DNA of 64,000 nt from Vulcanimicrobiales bacterium (GTDB lineage: Bacteria; Vulcanimicrobiota; Vulcanimicrobiia; Vulcanimicrobiales; Vulcanimicrobiaceae), in assembly GCA_038215615.1 (NCBI GenBank), contig JBBQQR010000002.1, forward strand, positions 32,001-96,000, read 5' to 3'. How positions within the stretch are numbered: position 1 is the first letter of the stretch; the number at the start of each line of letters is the position of its first letter. Both the position numbers and the translations under genes were made by a program. A model generated the notes under the pieces. That model made no database searches. It saw only the letters and a program-made list of their open reading frames with translations, and was not told the DNA's origin. Of the stretch, positions 10,454 to 20,373 are shown piece after piece.

Positions 10454-10815
10454 CGCAATTCGCATTGAGCGCGCTCGATCGCGTCTTTCACGAACGCGGA
10501 CGCCTGGCTATTTGCAGCGCTCTAATCGCGCATCCTGAAGGCATCTCGTTTACGCAACTGCAGGAGACGTGCGAACTCACCGACGGAAATCTGAACCGTC
10601 ATTTGCACGCGCTTTCGGAAATGGACACCGTTGAAACCCGCCGCATCACCGGCAAGGGACGGCCGCAGACCGTCGTGCGCATCACCCGCGCCGGGCGCGA
10701 TCGTTTTCTCGACTACATCGACGCGCTCGAGTCGGTCGTGCGCGACGTTCAGCGCGCGCGCAAACGCAAACCGTCGCCCGTGCGCACGGCGCCCGCCAGC
10801 TCCACGTCGCAATAA
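10450..10815 (+). CDS. Winged-helix transcriptional regulator (HTH_34/MarR-like)
   Basis: LDRVFHERGRLAI...F.QL...LTDGNLNRHL..L...GRPQT..ITRAGR. Confidence 0.85.
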   Translation: MTQFALSALDRVFHERGRLAICSALIAHPEGISFTQLQETCELTDGNLNRHLHALSEMDTVETRRITGKGRPQTVVRITRAGRDRFLDYIDALESVVRDVQRARKRKPSPVRTAPASSTSQ

Positions 10816-11384
10816 ACGCCCAGCAGATTGCCACGCTGCTGCGCGACGTAACGCAGCACTTCGGGATCCGGCTCGCCGGTCACCGGATCGTAGGTCGTCG
10901 CCACACAGCGTTCGATCGGATAGCGGACGCGTAAGGTCGCAGTTCCCACTTCGATCGTGTTTCCGGTGAGGTCGCTTTCCGCAAACGTAAAGTCCTTGGC
11001 CGCGTGCGCGTACAGAGTGGGTCGCCACCGCCGGAAATCCATCGGTCGCCCCAAACCGGCGGAAATTTCCTCCACCCAGCGGTCGAAGATCAACGAAACC
11101 GGCGCGTCGTCAAAGTAGCGGTTGCCGCTTCGCAGCTCCACGTCAACGTTTTTTTCGCGCGCCAGTTTCTGCGCACGCTGTGGGTCGCTCGTCAAGTGGA
11201 GCAGATTGTGCTCTTTTCCGCGATAGGGCTTCCCTGTGCGTTCGTGCCCGGCCGTGACGAATAAGGCTGTTTCGCGGTCGCCGGGGATGCCGTTTTGTGA
11301 TAGCTGGGCTGATTGCAGTTCTTCACCCGCCAGGCTTTTTATGGGATAGCGAGTGATTGCGGCGATTTGCCCCAGCAGTTTCAT
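10749..11384 (-). CDS. MOSC domain-containing protein
   Basis: RYPIKSLAGE, GIPGDR, RRWRP, ERCVAT..DP, LGVYCDV...G.V..GD. Confidence 0.88.
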   Translation of the reverse strand: MKLLGQIAAITRYPIKSLAGEELQSAQLSQNGIPGDRETALFVTAGHERTGKPYRGKEHNLLHLTSDPQRAQKLAREKNVDVELRSGNRYFDDAPVSLIFDRWVEEISAGLGRPMDFRRWRPTLYAHAAKDFTFAESDLTGNTIEVGTATLRVRYPIERCVATTYDPVTGEPDPEVLRYVAQQRGNLLGVYCDVELAGAVRTGDGLRLRAR

Positions 11385-11434
11385 CCGCGTAGATTACCAT
11401 AGGACCCCGTTCAAATCCTCAAGAAGGGCGGCGC

Positions 11435-12370
11435 ATGAGCATTGCGGGTGACGCGTTGCCGCTCCGGCCGTTGAGCATCGGGGAAATTTTCGACCGTACG
11501 GTCACGCTCTACGTCCGCTACTTCGGACTCTTCACGCTCATCATGATGGTGGTCATCCTCCCGCTCACGGTCGCCTCGTATTTTTCCACGTACGGCAACG
11601 GCGGATACGAGCAGGTTCTCCAGCAGGCCACGCATCCGTCCAGCACGCATTCGCCGGTCGTTCTCTCTCGATTGCTGCAGTTTGAAGGCATTCTTATGCT
11701 CGTGCTGCTGCTGCAGCTGCTCTTGCTGCCGTTTGCGAACACGGCTGCGGCATCGGCCGTCGCCGCACTCTACCGCGCCGAGCGTCCGACCTGGCGGCAG
11801 AGTTACTCTGCGGCGTTGCGGCGATGGCCGGCAATTCTGGGCGCCGAACTGATGACGATTCTCATCGTCGGCGCGGCGGTGCTTGTGGGCGCATTTGCAT
11901 TCGGTGCGATGTTTGCGGCCGGAATATTTTTGGTGCGCGGCTCGGCCGCCACCATCGTCGTGTTCGGTTTCCTGATCGCCATCTTCATGATCGCTTGGCT
12001 GTTGTCGCTGGCGCTGTGCACCTTCGCAATGGGGTTCGCCTTTATATCGATCGTCGTCGAAAACTCCCCGGTCTTCCAGGCCGTCACTTCGGGGTTCGCG
12101 CGCATTTTCAACCGGCGCGAGCTCGGCCGCGCGGTGCTCGTCTTCCTCGCGCTGATCGCGATTTCCATCGGATTGTACATCGTGCTCGGGATCGCCGCCG
12201 CGCTCGCCCAAGGGATTACCCACTCGCTCGTCCTCTATGGAATCGTTACCGCCCCCATCTCTTTGATCAGCAGTACGTTTACGGCTTTGCTCTTCGCGGT
12301 CTACTATTTTGACGTTCGGGTCCGGCGCGAGGGGCTGGACATACAGACGCAGCTCGACCGGCTGGAATGA
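11435..12370 (+). CDS. Integral membrane protein of the MoxR/DUF58 cluster
   Basis: LRPLSIGEIFD N-terminus, multiple TM helices, C-terminal YFDVRVRREGLD. Confidence 0.75.
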   Translation: MSIAGDALPLRPLSIGEIFDRTVTLYVRYFGLFTLIMMVVILPLTVASYFSTYGNGGYEQVLQQATHPSSTHSPVVLSRLLQFEGILMLVLLLQLLLLPFANTAAASAVAALYRAERPTWRQSYSAALRRWPAILGAELMTILIVGAAVLVGAFAFGAMFAAGIFLVRGSAATIVVFGFLIAIFMIAWLLSLALCTFAMGFAFISIVVENSPVFQAVTSGFARIFNRRELGRAVLVFLALIAISIGLYIVLGIAAALAQGITHSLVLYGIVTAPISLISSTFTALLFAVYYFDVRVRREGLDIQTQLDRLE

Positions 12371-13002
12371 CCGGGAGCCGGCCGCCGCTCGGTGCGCGCG
12401 ATCTCGCGCGCGAGATTCTCTTACAGAAACGTTTTCGGGTGGCCGTACCCTCAACGCACCGCACGTTGTGGGAAATGTTTTGGGATTGGCTGCGCGGATT
12501 GTGGTCCCGCGTGTGGGACGCGCTGTTTTCGCACGTACACATCGGGAGCCGCGCGGGCCAGATCATCGGCGACGCGCTGGCTTTCGCGCTGATTGCCGTC
12601 GTCGTGGTCGTACTCGTACGTCTGGCCCTTGGATCCATTCGCGATGCGCGCCGGCCCGATGCCGCTCACACGCTGCTCGATTCGCCCGCTCCGGGTGCGC
12701 TCTACGAGCTGAGCCGTGAGGCCGCCTTTCGCGGCGACTATCGTATGGCAGTGGCCTTGCTCTTCGCCGCGTCGATCCGGCGTCTGGAGCGGCTGGGAAT
12801 TGCGCGCGAAAATCCGAGCCGCACCGTCAACGAGTGGCGGCGCAAGCTGCGCGCCGCTCAGCCCTCGGTTTTGCCGGCGTTCGATGCCATCGCTAGGCCG
12901 TTCGTCGCGGCGTTTTATGCCGAAATGCCCATCGCGCGCGGAGAGTGGATGGAAGCGCACGACGCGTATGTCGCGCTTCCGGTCGAGCCGGCGCATGCGT
13001 AA
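12367..13002 (+). CDS. DUF4129 domain membrane protein
   Basis: GDYRMAV..LF, PSRTVNEW, F...FYA motifs; cluster position. Confidence 0.75.
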   Translation: MTGSRPPLGARDLAREILLQKRFRVAVPSTHRTLWEMFWDWLRGLWSRVWDALFSHVHIGSRAGQIIGDALAFALIAVVVVVLVRLALGSIRDARRPDAAHTLLDSPAPGALYELSREAAFRGDYRMAVALLFAASIRRLERLGIARENPSRTVNEWRRKLRAAQPSVLPAFDAIARPFVAAFYAEMPIARGEWMEAHDAYVALPVEPAHA

Positions 13003-14059
13003 CCGTACGGAGATTGTCATCCTGGTCGTGGCCTTGCTGCTCTTCACCGTTTTTTCGGCGCTGCGTACCGCGACGCCACGCGCGCGTTCGTCGGTTCCAT
13101 CAACCTACGATACCGGAGCCAACGGTTACGCGGCGCTCTACGAGTTCTTGCAGCGCGAGGGAGTGAGCGCGCAGCGCTACGAGCTGCCGCTGGGAGAGTT
13201 GCCCGCGCGCGCGACGGTCGTTTTCGCAGGCGACTACGCGATCGACTCGTCGATTCTTTCAGCCAAAGGGTCGGCGGCGCTGGATAAATGGGTGCGTCGC
13301 GGTGGGAAGCTGATCGTGCTCGGAAGCATGTTTCCGTCCACGCGCGACGCGCTCGGACTTCCTAAGACACGCGCAGCCGTAAGTAAGGACGCGACGACGG
13401 GGTGCGGTTTTCGCGGAGCGCTCCGCGTGATCGGCGGAGATTTTACCTCGGTTTTACGCACGGCGTGCGATGGCAAACATTCGGTGCTGCTGAGGGGTCG
13501 CGGCGGAGCGCTTGCCGTTTCTATCAAGCGCGGCCGCGGAACGATCGTGGAGTTCGTAACGCCGACACTTTTCGACAACGCGCAACTGGCCGCGCACGAC
13601 AACGCCGCGTTCGCTTACGATCTGTTCGCCGGCGCGGGAGCTCCGTTGTTCGATGAGCGCGTTTATGGCTACGCCGCCGGACGCACGTTCTGGCAAGTGA
13701 TGCCGCGACCGGTGATCGCCGCCGTGGCCGTGGCTCTGCTCGCGCTGCTGCTGGCTATTATCGCTGCAAGCGTACGGTTGGCGCCCGCTCGAGCTCTCGA
13801 ACGCGATGACGAGCGCAATTCCTTGGCCTACATTGAATCGCTGGCGCGGATGCTCCAGCGAGGCGGCGCGTCGCACGACGTCATCGCCCGCCTGGCGCGA
13901 GCCGCGAGCGCATTTCGCTCACCGCCGCTTGGTGACGACCGAGGGCGCGCGGCGCTCGATGAGCTGCGCCGGCTTGGGGAACGCAGGGATGCCGGACCGC
14001 GCGAGGTCTTGCTGGCCGGAACGATCTTCGCGCAGTTGCGAAAGGAATACGAATGGTAA
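12995..14059 (+). CDS. DUF4350 domain protein
   Basis: Start ATG 12995 (MRNRTEIV); STYDTGANGYAALY, WVRRGGKL, GRG.I, LFDN..L...DNA, FDE motifs. Confidence 0.78.
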   Translation: MRNRTEIVILVVALLLFTVFSALRTATPRARSSVPSTYDTGANGYAALYEFLQREGVSAQRYELPLGELPARATVVFAGDYAIDSSILSAKGSAALDKWVRRGGKLIVLGSMFPSTRDALGLPKTRAAVSKDATTGCGFRGALRVIGGDFTSVLRTACDGKHSVLLRGRGGALAVSIKRGRGTIVEFVTPTLFDNAQLAAHDNAAFAYDLFAGAGAPLFDERVYGYAAGRTFWQVMPRPVIAAVAVALLALLLAIIAASVRLAPARALERDDERNSLAYIESLARMLQRGGASHDVIARLARAASAFRSPPLGDDRGRAALDELRRLGERRDAGPREVLLAGTIFAQLRKEYEW

Positions 14060-15018
14060 CCACGGCTCGGGGTTTAGCTGAACGCGTCGGCGTGGGAATG
14101 CGCGAGATCATCGTCGGCGGCGACGAATTGACGTTCGCGCTTCTCGTCGCGCTGCTGGCGCGGGGGCACGCGCTGATCCAAGGCGTCCCGGGCACGGGCA
14201 AGACGCTCGCCGTCCGAGCCTTGGCGGCGCTTTTGGGCGCGCAGTACCGCCGCATTCAATTTACGCCGGACTTGATGCCGGCCGACGTCGTCGGGACGAC
14301 CGTCTTCAATCCGCAGACCGCCGAGTTCAGCATGCGCCCCGGGCCGATCGTCACGAATTTTTTGCTGGCGGACGAGATCAACCGCACGCCTCCCAAAACG
14401 CAGTCCGCGCTGCTCGAAGCGATGGAGGAAGCCCGCGTCACGATCGACGGCGTGTCGCTGGAGCTTCCGTGCCCGTTCTTTGTGTGCGCTACGCAGAATC
14501 CGATCGAATATGAAGGCACCTATCCGCTGCCCGAAGCGCAGTTGGACCGATTTTTAGTGATGGCGATTGCGGAATATCCGCCCGCGGCGTCGGAGCTCGA
14601 GTTGCTTTCGCGCGTCGCCGCGGGCTTTGATGCGCGCACGATCGAGCCGAAGTCGCTCAAGCCCATCGCCGATCCCGGCGAAATCATGACCGCGCAAAGC
14701 GAAGTGCGCGGCGTGCGGGTTGCGGCTCCGGTGCAGCAGTATATTTACGACCTGATCGCAGCAACGCGATCGCACCGCGGCCTGAGTCTGGGAGCGAGCC
14801 CGCGCGCAGGCGTTTCCCTGCTGGGCGCGGCTCAAGCATCGGCAGCGATCGACGGACGCGACTATGCCACGCCGGACGACGTCAAAGACGTTGCGGCGTT
14901 CGTACTGCCGCACCGGCTGATCGTCGCGCCGCAAGCCGAGATCGACGGCGTGACGTCAGTCAAAGTCGTGCGTGAAGTCTTGGAGTCAGTCGCGATTCCG
15001 CGTGAAGACGCAACCTAA
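14053..15018 (+). CDS. moxR: MoxR family AAA+ ATPase
   Basis: GVPGTGKT, RIQFTPDLMPAD, LADEINRTPPKTQSALLEAMEE, TQNPIEYEGTYPLPEAQLDRF. Confidence 0.95.
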   Translation: MVTTARGLAERVGVGMREIIVGGDELTFALLVALLARGHALIQGVPGTGKTLAVRALAALLGAQYRRIQFTPDLMPADVVGTTVFNPQTAEFSMRPGPIVTNFLLADEINRTPPKTQSALLEAMEEARVTIDGVSLELPCPFFVCATQNPIEYEGTYPLPEAQLDRFLVMAIAEYPPAASELELLSRVAAGFDARTIEPKSLKPIADPGEIMTAQSEVRGVRVAAPVQQYIYDLIAATRSHRGLSLGASPRAGVSLLGAAQASAAIDGRDYATPDDVKDVAAFVLPHRLIVAPQAEIDGVTSVKVVREVLESVAIPREDAT

Positions 15019-16342
15019 GCTGCGTTTGGGCGGCATGTGGCCGGCGCCGCGCGCTTATTGGGCGCTGGTCATACTTGCGATGCTGCTGGCCGTCGCCGGC
15101 GCGCTTCCGGCATTCCTGATTCTGGCGGCCCTCGCCGCGGCCGCGCTCGTTGCAGGGAGCCTTGCGGACGCATTGACCGGCGTGGCGAGTGCGAAGCTCG
15201 AAATCGAGCGTGAGGCGCCCGAACCGTTCGCGTTGCGCGCGCCCGGGGTACTGCGTTACCGTTTCGGGAACCGCTCCGACGCCGCACTGCGGTTGAACGT
15301 GATCGAAAGCGATTGCCGCGTCCTGCGCTACGCGCAAGACGAGATTACCGCATCGGTGCCGCCACACAGTGAAGTGCTTGCCCAACGGGACGTCATTCCG
15401 GTCGCGCGCGGCGGCGATGCGCTGGGCACGATCTACGTCACGGCGCAAAACCAATTCGGATTTCTCACCCGGCGTCTGCGCTTTGACGCTCCGCAGCCGA
15501 TCCGCGTCTATCCCGATCTCTCCGCAGTGGAACGGTATGGAGCACTGCACGTTCGCAACCGTCTCATCGAGGCCGGCCTGCGGCGCATGCGTTTGCGCGG
15601 CGCCGGAACGGAGTTGGAAAATCTGCGCGACTGGGCGCCCGGCGATCAATTCCGTTCGATCGAGTGGAAGGCGACGGCCAGGCGCGGGCATTTGATGGTG
15701 GCCGAGTACGAAGTGGAGCGCAGTCAGAATGTCATGATCGTATTGGATGCGGGCCGCTTGATGACGCCGCGCGTCGACGATCAGCGCAAATTCGATTATG
15801 CGATAACCGCCGCGCTTTCGGTCGCTTCGATCGCGGCGCTGGCCAATGACAAGGTCGGACTGGTCGCATTCGCGGGCGAGATACTGCGCGCGCAAGCTCC
15901 GCGCAGCGGACGGTCCATCGCTTCAATCGGCGCGCAGGTTCACGATTTGGAGCCGCGGTTCGAGGAGTCGGACTATGCGCGAGCGTTCGCTTACGTTCGG
16001 AGCAACGTGCGCAAACGCAGCCTGATCGTTTTTTTTACCGACATGGTCGACCCCGTCGCGCAGAGCTCGGTACTCGCGCAGATCGGTATTCTGGCCAAAC
16101 GGCACGTGGTGATCTGCGTTTTCATGAACGATCGAGCGATCGACCGCGCTCTGGAGACTTTGCCGAAGAGCAGCTCGGACGTCTACGCCGCCGCGGTTGC
16201 GCTGGAGCTGCGCGACGAACGGCGTTCGGCCGCGGCGATCCTGCAGCGGCTGGGCGTGCAAGTTATCGACGTTCCGGCACGCGAGCTCACCACCGCGCTC
16301 ATCGACCGGTACTTGCTGGTTAAACAGCGCGGTCTGTTGTAG
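15002..16342 (+). CDS. DUF58 domain (VWA-like) protein
   Basis: VYPDL, GTELENLRDW.PGD.FRSIEWKATAR, LDAGRLM, FFTD; follows moxR; GTG start at 15002 is approximate. Confidence 0.88.
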   Translation: MKTQPKLRLGGMWPAPRAYWALVILAMLLAVAGALPAFLILAALAAAALVAGSLADALTGVASAKLEIEREAPEPFALRAPGVLRYRFGNRSDAALRLNVIESDCRVLRYAQDEITASVPPHSEVLAQRDVIPVARGGDALGTIYVTAQNQFGFLTRRLRFDAPQPIRVYPDLSAVERYGALHVRNRLIEAGLRRMRLRGAGTELENLRDWAPGDQFRSIEWKATARRGHLMVAEYEVERSQNVMIVLDAGRLMTPRVDDQRKFDYAITAALSVASIAALANDKVGLVAFAGEILRAQAPRSGRSIASIGAQVHDLEPRFEESDYARAFAYVRSNVRKRSLIVFFTDMVDPVAQSSVLAQIGILAKRHVVICVFMNDRAIDRALETLPKSSSDVYAAAVALELRDERRSAAAILQRLGVQVIDVPARELTTALIDRYLLVKQRGLL

Positions 16343-16348
16343 CTCGCG

Positions 16349-17611
16349 CTACGCTCGGAGCGTGGCGCGCTGCAGCGTGCGCTCCAAACCGACAAGGCGC
16401 GTTGCTGAAGCGCGATCGTGCAGCTCGAGTCGCCAAAAGCCGGGCCAGAGGAGGCTCAAGATGAAGAGCGGCGTCGCGATCAGATAGCGCCAAATCACCC
16501 GCAAAAGGCCGGGCCGGCCGAATTGCGTGTTGGTCACGCGCACCGACACGATCATCATGCCGAACGTTTGTCCGGCAAGCGCGACCAGGATGATGTTGTA
16601 GACCAGGAATTCGGCGAGCGGACCGGGATCGAAGTTCACGCTCCAGTGGATTCCGGGCCGATGGACGCCCGCGCTCGTAACGACCAGATTGCCGATTGCG
16701 GCGACGAGCGCGTAGTCGATGGCAATAGCGGCCAGACGCCGCCCAAAGCTCGCGCAATCGCTTTTGGTGACTTCTCCGGAACGGTGTTCGACCGGCTCAA
16801 GCGAGACCGGTCGCGTGACCAAGCGCTCTTCCCAATACTCGTAAAGCGCGGCGTGATGGAAAACGCGCAGACTTTCCATGCGATTGGTCGCGTAGGGATT
16901 GGGGGCCAGCCATTCGCCCAGACGCAGCACCGAATCGTGTGCGATCTCGACGCGCTGCTGCGCAAAAGCGGCCAGGTCGACTTTACGCGCAAACAAATGG
17001 AACTCGCAGAGTGCGATCGCGCGGTACGCGGCGTCGGTGCTTCCGCAGCAGAGCAGCCCGGCGCGGTCGGCAGTGAATTCCGTGCGCCGCAGCCACGCCC
17101 CGAAGATCATCGAGATGATGGCGTTCTCGTGACCGTTGACGCTCAAGATTGAGGTCAGCCGGGTATGTCCGGCGGCGATGTGTCCGAGCTCGCGCCCAAC
17201 CACGAATGTCAGCTCGTCCTCTTTGAAATGATCGATCCAGTGCGTGGAAATGATCAGCGAGTACGGATCGCCGAAGCCGACTGCAACAACCGGAACGCGG
17301 ATGTCGTCGCGCAGGAATACCATCGGCATCGGCAGTTCCAGCATCGACGCGCACCGCTCGACCACCGAAAAAAGCTCGGGAAACTGCGTACGCGTGATCA
17401 TGACGCAGCTCCCTAACAGCGCTCCGCGCGCGATCGTCACGTAGACCATTGCCACGACGATCAAAACGCCGACCGACGAGACGCCGATGACCTCGTGCCA
17501 GACGCGTCCGATCAAGAACGCTATCGCCGGCGCGAACGCCAGCGTGATCGCCAAACTCAGCCATTCATACCGCTGGCGGATGGAACATTTTCCACGAAAA
17601 AGGTCGCGCAT
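16349..17611 (-). CDS. M48 (HtpX-like) peptidase domain with altered zinc motif, fused to a C-terminal RDD domain
   Basis: QFPEL, DELTFVVGRELGHI..GH, WLRRTEFTADRAG; C-terminal ASFGRRLAAIAID...GQTFG...RY...HDR.S.T; start taken as MRDLFRGK. Confidence 0.75.
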   Translation of the reverse strand: MRDLFRGKCSIRQRYEWLSLAITLAFAPAIAFLIGRVWHEVIGVSSVGVLIVVAMVYVTIARGALLGSCVMITRTQFPELFSVVERCASMLELPMPMVFLRDDIRVPVVAVGFGDPYSLIISTHWIDHFKEDELTFVVGRELGHIAAGHTRLTSILSVNGHENAIISMIFGAWLRRTEFTADRAGLLCCGSTDAAYRAIALCEFHLFARKVDLAAFAQQRVEIAHDSVLRLGEWLAPNPYATNRMESLRVFHHAALYEYWEERLVTRPVSLEPVEHRSGEVTKSDCASFGRRLAAIAIDYALVAAIGNLVVTSAGVHRPGIHWSVNFDPGPLAEFLVYNIILVALAGQTFGMMIVSVRVTNTQFGRPGLLRVIWRYLIATPLFILSLLWPGFWRLELHDRASATRLVGLERTLQRATLRA

Positions 17612-17612
17612 A

Positions 17613-18578
17613 TCAGCGCTCGCGCCCGGCGAAACCAAAGTAAGCGATAAGAGCGAGAGCGGTGAAGACGCCGACGCTGTCGCGAACCGGGATCCCAAAA
17701 CGAAGGTTTGTAAAAAAACCTTCGATCATTCCGGCGACGCAGAGCATCGCGACAACGCCGCCGACGAGGATGCCGGCACGACGGCCGTTTTGCGCAATCG
17801 CGTCGCGCCGGCTCAGCCTGCCGGGATTCAACACGCCTGCAGCGAGCAGCAATCCGCCAGCCGCAGCGATTTGGATCGCGGTCAATTCGATGACGCCGTG
17901 CGGGACGATGGTGGCCCAATAGTCGTTTCCGAAACCCGCCTGTCCGTAAAGCGCGCCGAGGCCGCCGACCATCAGGCCGGTGAGCGTCAGTTCGTAGATC
18001 GTGAAGAGGCCGAGCGTGACGATGCCGCCGGCGAAAGCAAGAATTGCGACCTTGATGTTGTTCGTAATGATGAATGCCGACATGGCAGCCGAGAATTCCG
18101 AGGTGAACGCAAAATTCGAATCGTGCAGGCTCTTCGTAATGTGCGACGGGACGATCGACTCCGGCAGCAGCGCGTAGACATCGGCCGGATGCGAATTGAC
18201 GATTGCAAACGCGACTATCGCCCAAACGATCGTCAAGGCCGCGCACGCGCCGACGTACCGCCAAGACCGGCGAAACTCCCGCGGAAAAGTCTGCGCGAAA
18301 AAGCGGGCAATGCGCGTGCGCCCAGGCTCGACTGCAGCGCCGTACACCAGCGCGTGCGATCGCGCGACCAGGCGGTTGAGATAATGTTGGAGCTCGCCGC
18401 CGTAGCCGCGACCTTGCGCGTAGGCGAGATCCGAGGTGACCCAGCGGTAGAGCCGGCCGGCTTCAAAGAGCTCCGCCGCATCCAAGGCGCGTAAACCGCG
18501 CCGCCCGGTGCGGGCGAGCAGGAGCTCCAAACGCTCCCATGCCCGGCCGCGGCGCCGGACGAACGAACGCTGATCCAC
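17613..18578 (-). CDS. Stage II sporulation protein M family (DUF95) membrane protein
   Basis: LYR.VTSDLAYA, YLNRLV.R.H, IITNNIKVA, PHGVIELTAI, AG.IEGF; GTG start at 18578. Confidence 0.88.
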   Translation of the reverse strand: MDQRSFVRRRGRAWERLELLLARTGRRGLRALDAAELFEAGRLYRWVTSDLAYAQGRGYGGELQHYLNRLVARSHALVYGAAVEPGRTRIARFFAQTFPREFRRSWRYVGACAALTIVWAIVAFAIVNSHPADVYALLPESIVPSHITKSLHDSNFAFTSEFSAAMSAFIITNNIKVAILAFAGGIVTLGLFTIYELTLTGLMVGGLGALYGQAGFGNDYWATIVPHGVIELTAIQIAAAGGLLLAAGVLNPGRLSRRDAIAQNGRRAGILVGGVVAMLCVAGMIEGFFTNLRFGIPVRDSVGVFTALALIAYFGFAGRER

Positions 18579-18656
18579 TCCGCAGTATTGCGGCGCGCGC
18601 CGCCAACTGCCCCCCGGAGGGGGCCTGCGGCATGTCGCGGGGCGAAACGCCCTGCA

Positions 18657-19394
18657 ATGGATCGTACGCTGGAAGTCCGCACGCCGGAAAGTATCGCGTT
18701 CTCCTACGAACTTGCGGGCCTGGGCAGCCGTTTTCTGGCCGTGTCCGTTGACATTGCGATTCAAACGCTGGTCATGATCGGCATCATTTGGGGATTGATC
18801 TATGCCGGATCGCACATGAGCGCCGCGGTGCGCGATGCTTCGGCGCCCACGAAAATCGAAGCGTCGCTTGCGATCGCATTCATCGCCGCGATAATTTTCG
18901 TGGTCTATTTCGGATATTTCATTCTCTTCGAGGCGTTTTGGAACGGGCAGACGCCCGGAAAAAAAATGATGGGCCTGCGCGTCGTTCGCGACGGCGGCTA
19001 TCCGGCAGACTTTGCGAGCATCGCCATTCGCAACCTGATCCGCGTCGGCGAGTTCGTCGCCGGACTCTACGCGGTTAGCGCGGTGGCGGCGCTGCTTTCA
19101 CCCGAAAATAAGCGGCTGGGCGACATGGCGGCGGGGACGATCGTCGTTCGCGACGCGCGCGCAGCCAAGCTGGCGGACGTGTTGGAGGAGCAGCGGGAAA
19201 GCGCGCATCCGCTCATGCTCAGCTCTCAAGAGCGCGAGCTCATCGACCAGTTCGTCGCGCGCCGCGAAGGAATGGCGCCGCATAGCCGCGCGCTCATGGC
19301 ATCGAAAATCTCCGAGCGCGTTCGCGCGCGCGTTTCGCGCGATCTGCAGCAGTTAAACGACGAAGAGTTGCTGACGCGCCTTAGCGCTTTGTAA
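18657..19394 (+). CDS. RDD family protein
   Basis: TPE.I..SY.LAGLGSRFLA..VD, NGQTPGKK..GLRVV, IRNL.R, KRLGDMAAGTIVV. Confidence 0.9.
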   Translation: MDRTLEVRTPESIAFSYELAGLGSRFLAVSVDIAIQTLVMIGIIWGLIYAGSHMSAAVRDASAPTKIEASLAIAFIAAIIFVVYFGYFILFEAFWNGQTPGKKMMGLRVVRDGGYPADFASIAIRNLIRVGEFVAGLYAVSAVAALLSPENKRLGDMAAGTIVVRDARAAKLADVLEEQRESAHPLMLSSQERELIDQFVARREGMAPHSRALMASKISERVRARVSRDLQQLNDEELLTRLSAL

Positions 19395-20364
19395 AACGGC
19401 TCATCAGGTCGCGCGCAAAGCCGAGCGCGTCCTTTTTCGTATTCTCGTAGATCGAACTGGCCTGTCCGGCGCTCATGTGCCGGCCGTGCTCGTAGTAAAA
19501 CGCAACGCCCTCGCCTACGACAATCGTGCCCGCGTAGGCGATCGCGCCCTTGATAGCGATGCCTGCGACCGGAATGAATCCGGAAAGTTCGCGCGCCAGC
19601 ATGCGCCAGCCGAAGCCCCCGCCGACGACCGGAAGCAGTTGCCACAAACGTTGCACGTCCGGATCGCGTCCGTACGTTGCCTCGACGTGCAGCAGCAGCA
19701 TCATCTGGATGCCCGTGATCGCCACCATGTCGCCGGCCGAAGCGAACGCGCCCAAAACCAAACCGAAGACCGGGATGTGATCGACGACGGCGCTCGCAAG
19801 CGCGACTTTCAGCGCGTTGTTGGCGGCATCGCGCGTCAGTTTCGCAGCCACGGTTTCTCGCAGGACGGGAAGTCTGCGGCCTACCGCAATCTCAACGCCT
19901 TTGCAGCGTTCTACCAAGTGCGGAAAGACGCGTCCGCGCAATGCTTCCTTGGATACCGCGGTAACAACGTATTCGGCGGAAGCGCCGGCGATGGGTGCGG
20001 TTGCGGGACCGCTGGGCTGCGCATCCTCATCGACGGTGATGGCGAAGATCGGCAAATCGAGTGCGCGCAGGCCGGCGAAATCGGCACCTCGCGCGTCGCC
20101 GCGCCGTCCCAGGAAAAGAATCGCGCGACCTTCGCGAGTCATCGTGAGCGGCGCCATTCCCGGAACGATCGTTTCTAGGCAAGCTGCCGCATCGGGCGGC
20201 ACGGAGTCGTCGTGTCCGGAAAGCAACAGCGAACGCATCGACGCTACCAGCGCCGGGTCGCCGCACAAATAGAGCCTGAAGGGCTTGCGGGTATGCGCGG
20301 TGACCGCGCGGACATCGATGCCCTTACGGACGAGGCGAAAGATCTCTCCGGTTGCGGTGGCCAT
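19381..20364 (-). CDS. Hypothetical protein with C-terminal DUF697/YcjF-like membrane domain
   Basis: IPV.G....AGDMVAITGIQ..L, GGGFGWR.LAREL..FIPVAG.AIKGAIAYAGT. Confidence 0.65.
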   Translation of the reverse strand: MATATGEIFRLVRKGIDVRAVTAHTRKPFRLYLCGDPALVASMRSLLLSGHDDSVPPDAAACLETIVPGMAPLTMTREGRAILFLGRRGDARGADFAGLRALDLPIFAITVDEDAQPSGPATAPIAGASAEYVVTAVSKEALRGRVFPHLVERCKGVEIAVGRRLPVLRETVAAKLTRDAANNALKVALASAVVDHIPVFGLVLGAFASAGDMVAITGIQMMLLLHVEATYGRDPDVQRLWQLLPVVGGGFGWRMLARELSGFIPVAGIAIKGAIAYAGTIVVGEGVAFYYEHGRHMSAGQASSIYENTKKDALGFARDLMSRFTKR

Positions 20365-20373
20365 TATCGGCTA

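Noticed and set aside
17613..18578. SpoIIM as evidence of sporulation
   Set aside because: The DUF95 family is widespread in non-sporulating bacteria within MoxR/RDD clusters
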